Positions 55,832 to 62,555 of a stretch of DNA of 64,000 bases are shown in pieces (position 1 is the first letter of the stretch; each line of letters begins with the position of its first letter). Location: positions 26,026 to 90,025 of the forward strand of contig CANHHA010000005.1 in NCBI GenBank assembly GCA_947460825.1, in the 5' to 3' direction. The position numbers and the translations under genes were made by a program. A model generated the notes under the pieces. It saw only the letters and a list, made by a program, of their open reading frames with translations, was not told the DNA's origin and did not search any database. Source of the stretch: Flavobacteriales bacterium (GTDB taxonomy: Bacteria > Bacteroidota > Bacteroidia > Flavobacteriales_D > Crocinitomicaceae).

Positions 55832-57199
55832 TTAATCGTTCTTCACAAATTTATTTGGGTCCTTATCAATTTCCTCCTTTTCTTTGGCGGCATACAGGCT
55901 CATCGCATGTTTCGCATTTTCCTTTTCCAAATCATTTTGATGTTTTGCAACCTCGGCAATACGCATGGCATTATAGTTTTCACGATATCTGTGCATGTTA
56001 TTGTTCTCATCAATTACTTCATGCAAGGAAATTCCTTGCTTAGCTTCAAGAATTTGTTCAACATTTTGTTGCATCCAATCATATGAAGACTTGTTCAACA
56101 TGAATTTGAAAATTACAGGAGCCACCTCAATAATCATGAAAAGAATTCGGACTAACCAAATCGGTGCAGAAGCTTTACCGTAGATTTCATCCTCCTTTCC
56201 TTTGATTACTTCATTGGTAACAGGATCAAATTTGGCAACTTTTTTACCAGTATGTGCCAAGCGTTCAAGCATCATGATTTGATCCAAAAAACCAGGTTTT
56301 GAAGCTAAGACCTCTTTCGTTGATTTTTCTTTTTGTTTTTCAACTTCAGCCTTGAATTTTTCTTTTTCTTTTTCAATTGTTGCAAGCTCCTCTCTAAGTC
56401 TGTTTAACTCTTGAAGTTCCAAATCTTTAATCCGCTCTTTCTTTTTTGCTACGGGGCCGTCTCCCCAACCATTACCTGTATTTTTACCGCTCAATTCATC
56501 CTGATATTCCTGATTTGCCTTGTCGTACTTTTCTTGTTGTAACTTTACTTGTTTATCTTTTTCTTCAAATTGAGAATGAGTTCGTTTATTAAGGTTTATG
56601 TTCTCTTGTTCAATACGATACTCTTCGCTTAGCGCAAGTTGCTTCATAGATAACTTCCATTCTCGGTATATTTCGCGTTTAAAGATATAGGTTTCCAAAG
56701 GCGCTGAAATGGTTAATCCAATCACAATAGCCATAAAAAGCCTCGGTGCCATTGCTAATAGTTCGCTTGATTTTCCTTTTTTAGGTAGGATGGTTATATT
56801 CTCTGTTCCATCGCCTTTAACCGTGGAAACAATGAATCGGTCTAGGTTAAAAATAATTAGCCCCCAAATAAGAGCAACGGGGACAGTAATCCATAGATTA
56901 CCTTTGAGTGCAACCTCCCCAGTAATGGGGTCAATAGCACCGCTGGGATCCGGACTAGCAAAAATTGTTTGCATCGCAAATCCCATCGCCAACACAGCCA
57001 TTACCGTAGTAGCAAGAACCACTCCACCAATTCCCGCATGTTTTATATGGTCAGAATACGGCGCGAATTCCAGGATTTTTTTGTCAGAACCTCCACATTT
57101 CCATAAAGTTTCCATGATGAATTTCATGAAAGGACTGTATTCTGTTTTTTTGTAATCAACTAGTTCATTCATCTCAATGGATTTATTGTTCTCGCTCAT
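55832..57199 (-). CDS. DUF4407-like polytopic membrane protein with long central coiled coil, gene 4 of the operon
   Basis: The N-terminal part reads CGGSDKKILEFAPYSDHIKHAGIGGVVLATTVMAVLAMGFA...GLIIFNLDRFIVS. A ~130 aa Lys/Glu-rich coiled coil follows, then a C-terminal TM. The family assignment is from memory of the DUF4407 pattern. Confidence 0.6.
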   Translation of the reverse strand: MSENNKSIEMNELVDYKKTEYSPFMKFIMETLWKCGGSDKKILEFAPYSDHIKHAGIGGVVLATTVMAVLAMGFAMQTIFASPDPSGAIDPITGEVALKGNLWITVPVALIWGLIIFNLDRFIVSTVKGDGTENITILPKKGKSSELLAMAPRLFMAIVIGLTISAPLETYIFKREIYREWKLSMKQLALSEEYRIEQENINLNKRTHSQFEEKDKQVKLQQEKYDKANQEYQDELSGKNTGNGWGDGPVAKKKERIKDLELQELNRLREELATIEKEKEKFKAEVEKQKEKSTKEVLASKPGFLDQIMMLERLAHTGKKVAKFDPVTNEVIKGKEDEIYGKASAPIWLVRILFMIIEVAPVIFKFMLNKSSYDWMQQNVEQILEAKQGISLHEVIDENNNMHRYRENYNAMRIAEVAKHQNDLEKENAKHAMSLYAAKEKEEIDKDPNKFVKND

Positions 57200-57968
57200 T
57201 TGTTTTATTTTTAAAAGGTTTATTCTCGGTAATTAAGGTGCCGTTGTATTTGGAAGGGTTGAAATTATACCCTTTTACAATTTTTTGCTCTCGAATGTAG
57301 CTATTTATTTCATTTTTAATTGGATTATCTACCATTTTAAGTTGTAAACGTTTTGAAACATCGCTCATTCGTTTGTACTTAGGCACCAATTTCTTGAAAA
57401 GCGAAAAAGTATATGAAGTAGTATGAGATTTACCGTTGAATTTCGAGTACCCTGTTTTATTTACTAGAACCCTAGATTCAGGTTGGTTAAACGCGTTTGA
57501 GCCCCCCAAATGACGTGTGTTTAAGCGTACCACTAACTCATCTGGAATACATAGTTTTTGCGCTATTTTCCCTTTGAAGGTATAGGCATACAAGGTATAA
57601 ATATTTCCTTTTTCTCGAATTACGGTTATTAAACTGTTTTGTTTAAGTTTAGCATAATCGGGATTGATATCAATTCGATAGGCTCCCTTTACTTGCCATG
57701 TTAAAATAATGGGACAGCCGATGTACACTAAGCCTTGACTTGGATGATAGTAGTATTCCTTCTCTTCTGCTTGATGGATTAAATAATCTGGAGCTATTCG
57801 CCAACTGAAATCTACGATTTCCGGAGATTCATTCGTGAAAAATATAATTAGAATCCGTTTTATTAAACCATAATACGGAATAATCGCCATGAACAAGCAT
57901 AAACCAATAAAAATAGCCCACCCCTCCATGGGAGAAAAGGTCCCGAACCACTTGAATACCTCAACCAT
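57183..57968 (-). CDS. N-terminally membrane-anchored hypothetical protein, gene 3 of the operon
   Basis: It has a TM (GWAIFIGLCLFMAIIPYYGLI) followed by a ~200 aa soluble domain with no motif I recognise. It overlaps both neighbours, by 8 nt and 17 nt. Confidence 0.4.
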   Translation of the reverse strand: MVEVFKWFGTFSPMEGWAIFIGLCLFMAIIPYYGLIKRILIIFFTNESPEIVDFSWRIAPDYLIHQAEEKEYYYHPSQGLVYIGCPIILTWQVKGAYRIDINPDYAKLKQNSLITVIREKGNIYTLYAYTFKGKIAQKLCIPDELVVRLNTRHLGGSNAFNQPESRVLVNKTGYSKFNGKSHTTSYTFSLFKKLVPKYKRMSDVSKRLQLKMVDNPIKNEINSYIREQKIVKGYNFNPSKYNGTLITENKPFKNKTNEREQ

Positions 57969-58911
57969 GGAATGTTAAGTTAAAAACATGAATATTCTCA
58001 AAATTGATTTGTTGTTGTTTTTCTAAGGATATCGGAGCGGTTGTTTCTAGCAATAAATAGGATTTTCCGTTGTGGAGGTGTGTTCTACCAGGGAAATTTA
58101 ATCCATGAACCCCTACAATCATATGATGCACTTCTTCCATGGTACAATGAACCATGATTATATTTTCAGATGCATTATCAATTAACTCTTTTAAAATACC
58201 ACAGAACAATACGGACTTGCTGTCGCAATCGCTATATGAAATTACAAATGATTCATGCGGCATGGATACCCCAAAATATGCATATGCTCCGGCGTTAAAA
58301 TTTGGTTGGCCATAGGGTATAAATTGAACAAAATTCAATGCAGCCATAACTCGGTTATCATAAGAATCATTGGAGCCAAGTTCCTGAACGATAAATGTTG
58401 CGATTTCTTTAGATAAATTTACGGACAATCGAATGATCTCGTTAAAATCCACCCCATAATCGTACGTTTGATTAGATCGATAAAAAAAACCATCGCGATT
58501 CATGTGTTCATGCAAATATTGTTCATCCGTGGTTTGAATTGCATAGTATCCATCAGATACAGGCGCAAAGCAAGAGTTGTGAACACCAAAACCACTAACT
58601 AATTCGGACATTTCTGCTGTTGATATTTCTGTTCGAAAGGTTACATTAGCTTTATTCGTAAAAGGAAAGGTATATCTAAATGTAGCCTTTTCACCCAAAA
58701 TACTGCCTTCTACATTATATCCATAGCTAGCGTAGGAACCTGGAGCTGTCCGATAATTTTTAGGCTTACTTGCCTTGGTAGTTAGTTGCTCAATAATTAA
58801 AAGATTATCATGTCCAGCAATGGAAGCACCTTTTATTTTGAATGTAAAGCCCGTGTTCAAGTAGATAACACAGGCAACTAACATTAACATATAAATATTG
58901 AGTTCTGACAA
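57961..58911 (-). CDS. N-terminally anchored protein with transglutaminase-like Cys-His-Glu core, gene 2 of the operon
   Basis: It has a signal/TM (IYMLMLVACVIYL). The motifs SDCDSKSVLFCGILKELI, then VHHMIVGV, then YLLLETT follow. They are in the same order and spacing as in the 51746-52669 product. Confidence 0.5.
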   Translation of the reverse strand: MSELNIYMLMLVACVIYLNTGFTFKIKGASIAGHDNLLIIEQLTTKASKPKNYRTAPGSYASYGYNVEGSILGEKATFRYTFPFTNKANVTFRTEISTAEMSELVSGFGVHNSCFAPVSDGYYAIQTTDEQYLHEHMNRDGFFYRSNQTYDYGVDFNEIIRLSVNLSKEIATFIVQELGSNDSYDNRVMAALNFVQFIPYGQPNFNAGAYAYFGVSMPHESFVISYSDCDSKSVLFCGILKELIDNASENIIMVHCTMEEVHHMIVGVHGLNFPGRTHLHNGKSYLLLETTAPISLEKQQQINFENIHVFNLTFHG

Positions 58912-58927
58912 AATGAATTTCGATCGA

Positions 58928-59140
58928 TTAATCTTCCCATTTCACTTGAAACTCTAGTTCGTGAGACCCCTCAGAACGTTCGTGCTCAATGGAAAAGGTT
59001 GCACCGTCAGGAACATAAACAGCCTCACCTGCAACGGAGATTCTGAAATTCTCATTTTTTTCGATGCAATCCGCGAGTCTTCTTAATTTACTTACAAACT
59101 CTTCTTTGGTGTAGGTTTTTTCAACGTCTCTTTCTTCCAT
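58928..59140 (-). CDS. Amphi-Trp domain small protein, gene 1 of the operon
   Basis: The 70 aa acidic product has the pattern (E/K)..S.EEF...LR.LAD.IE....F...V.GE.V.VP.......E.E.......ELEF.VKW, which matches the amphi-Trp domain as I remember it. Confidence 0.6.
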   Translation of the reverse strand: MEERDVEKTYTKEEFVSKLRRLADCIEKNENFRISVAGEAVYVPDGATFSIEHERSEGSHELEFQVKWED

Positions 59141-59205
59141 ATTTGTGTTTTTACGAAAATAAGATAATTATTAGGATGTTATGTATCTTCACGAAAAAAA
59201 TCAGT

Positions 59206-60099
59206 ATGTACGACATCATCGGAGACATTCACGGACATGGGGACGAATTGGAAATCTTGCTCCAAAAATTAGGTTATCAACGATTGAATGGAGTTTATCA
59301 GCATCCCTCACGTCAAGCTATTTTTCTGGGTGACTTCATTGATCGTGGACCTAACATTCGAGGGGTATTGCACATCGTAAAGGATATGGTGGATTCAGGA
59401 TTTGCCCAGGCCATCATGGGAAACCATGAGTTTAATGCGGTTTGTTTTGCTACAAAAAACAAAATAGAGGGTGGTTATTTTCGCGAACATAGTGTAGAAA
59501 AGATAAAACAGCACTTAAGAACCTTAGAACAATTCCGACCATTCCCCAAAGAATGGGATATGTTCTTAACTTGGTTCAAACACCTTCCCATGTTCTTGGA
59601 ATTAGATCACTGTAAAATGGTACATGCGTATTGGAATGATGATAATATCACATGGTTGAAGAAAAATTATCGTCCAACGGAAGAGGGATTAAGTCATGAA
59701 TTTTTAGCCAACTGTTATCAAAAAGAATTGCCTGGATTTAAGCCCGTAGAAGAATCCTTAAAAGGACCTGAACATAAGCTCCCAGAAGGGCAATACATGG
59801 TTGATAAGGAAGGAATTTTACGCGAGGAGTGTCGTTTACGCTGGTGGGCCACAGAAAAAGAGACCATGGGGCAGGGCGTCATGGAATGTCCGGAAGCCTT
59901 AGTGGATGACCCCATACCGGATGGTGTAGATCGTTCTGTTTTTACTTCAGATAGACCTGTTTTTTTTGGTCATTATTGGTTGAGCGGAATTCCCGAAATT
60001 GTTAATGAGCATGCCATCTGTTTGGATTATTCTGTAGCAAAGGGGGGGAGATTAGTGGCTGCGCGAATCACTGAAGGAAAAATTAGTTTGATTTATTAA
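59206..60099 (+). CDS. Calcineurin-like metallophosphoesterase (PrpA/PrpB / ApaH-like Ser/Thr or dinucleotide phosphatase)
   Basis: MYDIIGDIHGHGDEL, GDFIDRGP, GNHEFN and FFGHYW form the PPP-family motif set. The start is placed at the ATG giving MYDIIGDIHG; the track ORF starts at 59143. It is divergent from the ten-gene operon. Confidence 0.8.
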   Translation: MYDIIGDIHGHGDELEILLQKLGYQRLNGVYQHPSRQAIFLGDFIDRGPNIRGVLHIVKDMVDSGFAQAIMGNHEFNAVCFATKNKIEGGYFREHSVEKIKQHLRTLEQFRPFPKEWDMFLTWFKHLPMFLELDHCKMVHAYWNDDNITWLKKNYRPTEEGLSHEFLANCYQKELPGFKPVEESLKGPEHKLPEGQYMVDKEGILREECRLRWWATEKETMGQGVMECPEALVDDPIPDGVDRSVFTSDRPVFFGHYWLSGIPEIVNEHAICLDYSVAKGGRLVAARITEGKISLIY

Positions 60100-60123
60100 G
60101 CTAATATAATTGTAAGAATTGTT

Positions 60124-60131
60124 TATTTTTG
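60124..60131 (+). promoter_or_regulatory. Candidate -7 promoter box upstream of the tRNA leader
   Basis: TATTTTTG is a perfect TAnnTTTG match. I see no convincing -33 TTTG at canonical spacing. If used, the transcript would include both repeat units and the tRNA. Confidence 0.3.
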
Positions 60132-60178
60132 CAGTCCGTTAGCGGTAAAATTGAAATACGTTGCTGTAAAGTAACTTT

Positions 60179-60259
60179 GGTCCTATAGCTTCCCGACGAT
60201 CACTGCGTTCGGCCGGGACAGTCCCCGAAGAGTCGGGACAGGCGAATTCGCTAATAGGA
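60179..60259 (+). repeat. tRNA-5'-end-derived structured repeat, unit 1 (81 nt)
   Basis: It starts with GGTCCTATAGCT, identical to tRNA nt 1-12. An inner hairpin TCCCGAC...GTCGGGA follows, and the unit ends GCTAATAGGA, complementary to its own 5' end with one bulge. Relative to unit 2 it has a ~20 nt internal insertion (GGCCGGGACAGTCCCCGAAGA). Confidence 0.7.
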
Positions 60260-60293
60260 AAAAAAGAATATGAATGTTATCTTCGGATAATTT

Positions 60294-60354
60294 GGTCCTA
60301 TAGCTTCCCGACGATCACTGCGTTCTGTCGGGACAGGCGAACTCGCTATAGGAC
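60294..60354 (+). repeat. tRNA-5'-end-derived structured repeat, unit 2 (61 nt)
   Basis: The sequence is GGTCCTATAGC-T-TCCCGAC-GATCACTGCGTTCT-GTCGGGA-CAGGCGAACTC-GCTATAGGAC. It has a 10-bp closing stem and a 7-bp inner hairpin. It is preceded by the same ~30-nt leader that precedes the real tRNA (TATGAWTGTTATCTTCGGATAATTT, containing a TTATC-TTCG-GATAA hairpin). Confidence 0.7.
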
Positions 60355-60388
60355 AATAAATAATATGATTGTTATCTTCGGATAATTT

Positions 60389-60462
60389 GGTCCTATAGCT
60401 CATTCGGTTAGAGCAACTGACTCATAATCAGTAGGTGCTTGGTTCGATTCCAAGTGGGACCA
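60389..60462 (+). tRNA. tRNA with CAT anticodon (elongator Met, or Ile2 read via lysidine)
   Basis: A hand-folded 74-nt cloverleaf gives acceptor GGTCCTA/TGGGACC, D arm GCTC/GAGC and anticodon arm ACTGA-CTCATAA-TCAGT. The T arm is CTTGG-TTCGATT-CCAAG and the discriminator is A. No CCA is encoded. It is not an initiator, since the anticodon stem has no GGG/CCC. The C4:G69 and C5:G68 pairs are the E. coli TilS determinants, so Ile2 is possible. Confidence 0.85.
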
Positions 60463-60472
60463 CACCACCCTA

Positions 60473-60498
60473 AAAGCCCCTAAAAAAGGGGCTTTTTC
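60473..60498 (+). terminator. Rho-independent terminator after the tRNA
   Basis: The stem is AAAGCCCC/GGGGCTTT with loop TAAAAAA, followed by a T-run. Confidence 0.6.
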
Positions 60499-60578
60499 AA
60501 TTTTAATTCACCTTTTTTATTTTCAAATCGAATTAGTAAATTGTCACAAATATTTCCTATTTTTGTGACAGATTAAAA

Positions 60579-61199
60579 GTGAAATTAGAAATGAAAAGTA
60601 TTGAAAAACAAATAGAAAAGTCGATTACAACCAAGCGTAAAGGTACTTTGTTTCTTCCCGATGATTTTTTAAGTTATGGTTCATCCGAAGCAATTCGTAA
60701 AGCCCTAGGACGTTTGGAAGATAAAAAGATAATTATCAGAGTTTCCCAAGGTATTTATGTACAGCCTAAGATAAGTAAACTGATTGGACCTCTATCACCT
60801 TCAGCGGAGGAAGTCGCCGAAGCCATAGCAAAAAGAGATAAAATCAGAACCATACCGACAGGAAGTTACGCTTTGAATGCTTTGGGATTAAGTTCTCAAG
60901 TACCTATGAAAATTGTTTTACTTACAGATGGTTCGCCAAGAGAAATCAAAGTCGGAAAGCGAACAATAAAATTCAAAAGAACTACACCAAAAAACTTGAT
61001 GGCAAAAGGAAAAATAAGTCGCCTTGTCATACAAGCACTAAAAGAAATAGGTATTGGCAAGATAAAAATAGAGGAAGAGCATAAAATACTTGAATTGTTG
61101 AAAAAAGAAAACATTATAGACCTTAAACACGACATTGCCTTAGCACCGGTATGGATTCAAAAACTAATGAAAAAAGCATTGACTGATGGCCAAAATTGA
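60579..61199 (+). CDS. AbiEi-like antitoxin (DUF6088-type) of a type IV toxin-antitoxin pair
   Basis: The pattern KRKGTLFLPDDFLSYGSSEAIRKALGRLEDKKIIIRVSQGIYVQPK...LLTDGSPREIKVGKRTIKFK matches DUF6088/AbiEi-family antitoxins. It overlaps the AbiEii gene by 14 nt. The start may be the ATG at 60591. Confidence 0.6.
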   Translation: MKLEMKSIEKQIEKSITTKRKGTLFLPDDFLSYGSSEAIRKALGRLEDKKIIIRVSQGIYVQPKISKLIGPLSPSAEEVAEAIAKRDKIRTIPTGSYALNALGLSSQVPMKIVLLTDGSPREIKVGKRTIKFKRTTPKNLMAKGKISRLVIQALKEIGIGKIKIEEEHKILELLKKENIIDLKHDIALAPVWIQKLMKKALTDGQN

Positions 61200-62232
61200 T
61201 TTTCACAAATTAAAACAATCTGAGAGAGAAGCAATTTTCAATGAGATAGCAACCTTTGAAGGTATGAAACCCTTTGCCGTCGAAAAAGACTGGTGGGTAA
61301 GCCTAACGTTAGAAATTATTTTTCAGATGGGGATTTCAAAACACTTGGTGTTTAAAGGAGGAACCTCATTGAGTAAAGCCTGGAAATTGATAAATCGTTT
61401 TTCCGAAGATATCGATTTAGCAATCGATATGGACTTTTTTATAACTCCAACGAAAAACTGGTCAAAAAGTGAACGAACTCAGCTAAGAAAGAAAGCAGGC
61501 AAATACTCAACAGAAATTTTCTTTCAACAATTACAACAAGAGTTCAATCAAAGAGGATACAGTGAACTTAAATTTAACATAATTGAAACAAACGAAAGCG
61601 ATAAAGATCCGAGAATATTAGAGATTTTTTATCCGAATATCATTGGACTTGAAACAGATTATATTTTACCTCGTGTACAAATAGATGTAAGTTGCCGCTC
61701 ATTAAGAGAACCATATACTATAAAAATGTTAGGTTCATTAGTCGATGAAGTATATAAAGATAAAGATTTTGCAGAACCATTATTTGCCGTTCCTACAGTC
61801 ATTCCAGAACGTACCTTTCTGGAAAAACTTTTCCTTCTTCACGAAGAATTTCATCGTCCTGCAGAAAAAATGCGCGTAGACAGATTGAGCAGACACATAT
61901 ACGATGTATATCATCTCTCAAAAGCAGGAATTGCTATAAACGCTATTAGTGATCAAGAGTTGTATGAAACAATTGTTCAACATAGATATAAATTTTCAAA
62001 AATTGGCGGCGTTAATTACAATGCTCATAATCCAAAAACAGTTAACCCTATTCCCCCTGAAAATGTAATTAGTGATTGGGAGTCGGATTACACAAAAATG
62101 AGAGAGGATATGATTTACGAGCAAAATCCGCCAACTTTTGTCGATTTAATTGATTGTTTAAAAGAAATTCGAGAACAACTTAAAAGTGTGAATTGGGAAT
62201 TTGACTTAAGTTTTCCCAATACTGAAATTTAA
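61186..62232 (+). CDS. Nucleotidyltransferase AbiEii/AbiGii family toxin (DUF1814)
   Basis: The motifs EKDWWVS, LVFKGGTSLSKAW..INRFSEDIDL and SRHIYDVYHL are typical of AbiEii. Confidence 0.85.
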   Translation: MAKIDFHKLKQSEREAIFNEIATFEGMKPFAVEKDWWVSLTLEIIFQMGISKHLVFKGGTSLSKAWKLINRFSEDIDLAIDMDFFITPTKNWSKSERTQLRKKAGKYSTEIFFQQLQQEFNQRGYSELKFNIIETNESDKDPRILEIFYPNIIGLETDYILPRVQIDVSCRSLREPYTIKMLGSLVDEVYKDKDFAEPLFAVPTVIPERTFLEKLFLLHEEFHRPAEKMRVDRLSRHIYDVYHLSKAGIAINAISDQELYETIVQHRYKFSKIGGVNYNAHNPKTVNPIPPENVISDWESDYTKMREDMIYEQNPPTFVDLIDCLKEIREQLKSVNWEFDLSFPNTEI

Positions 62233-62534
62233 TTTTTATCAAACGCATTTACAACACTAAATGAAATCATCACTCGAAAACCTCTCAATATCCTCCTTCA
62301 GCTGGTTCGATAATTCAGAACTTCGGCCCACAAAACAGAGTGACCCTTCGATCAACTCGGGGCGAGAAGTGAAGTGCGAGGGCGCTGAAAATTCACTTTG
62401 TTATACTTCGCTTCCATTCTCATTCTCGCTCCTCTGTTAGGATCACCAATTATAACTTCCATTCGGTAACTTCTTTCAAATCCTCCCTCAATAGGTTCCA
62501 TAATTCAGAACATCCGCATAATAAATGCAATAAG

Positions 62535-62555
62535 AGGCTAAAAGCCTTTTTTTTT
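62535..62555 (+). terminator. Orphan + strand hairpin/T-run about 300 nt after the AbiEii stop
   Basis: The stem is AGGCT/AGCCT with loop AAA, followed by a T9 run. No convincing + strand gene ends here. Confidence 0.35.

Noticed and set aside
50720-59140. Assigning the ten-gene operon to a known system (Zorya, T6SS-iii, T9SS/gliding, Bat aerotolerance, Ton/Tol)
   Set aside because: I see no MotA/ExbB or TolQ-type motif, no ZorC/ZorD-like helicase or nuclease, and no Tss, Gld/Spr or vWA/MoxR signatures. Only the OmpA-like domain and a generic coiled-coil membrane protein are shared, so no known label is justified from sequence reading alone.
60179-60462. Possible CRISPR-like array (three occurrences of TTTGGTCCTATAGCT with intervening sequence)
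   Set aside because: There are only three copies. The units differ in length (81 and 61 nt) and are internally structured. The third repeat is simply the 5' end of a genuine tRNA. No cas genes are present.
62296-62332. Possible attR: TGGTTCGAT...GGCCCACA resembles the tRNA T-arm/acceptor 3' end (TGGTTCGATTCCAAGTGGGACCACA)
   Set aside because: Only 9 contiguous nt match and the rest needs a 5-nt indel. The same segment is better explained as one of two decayed coding-remnant repeats. The match is too weak to call an att site.
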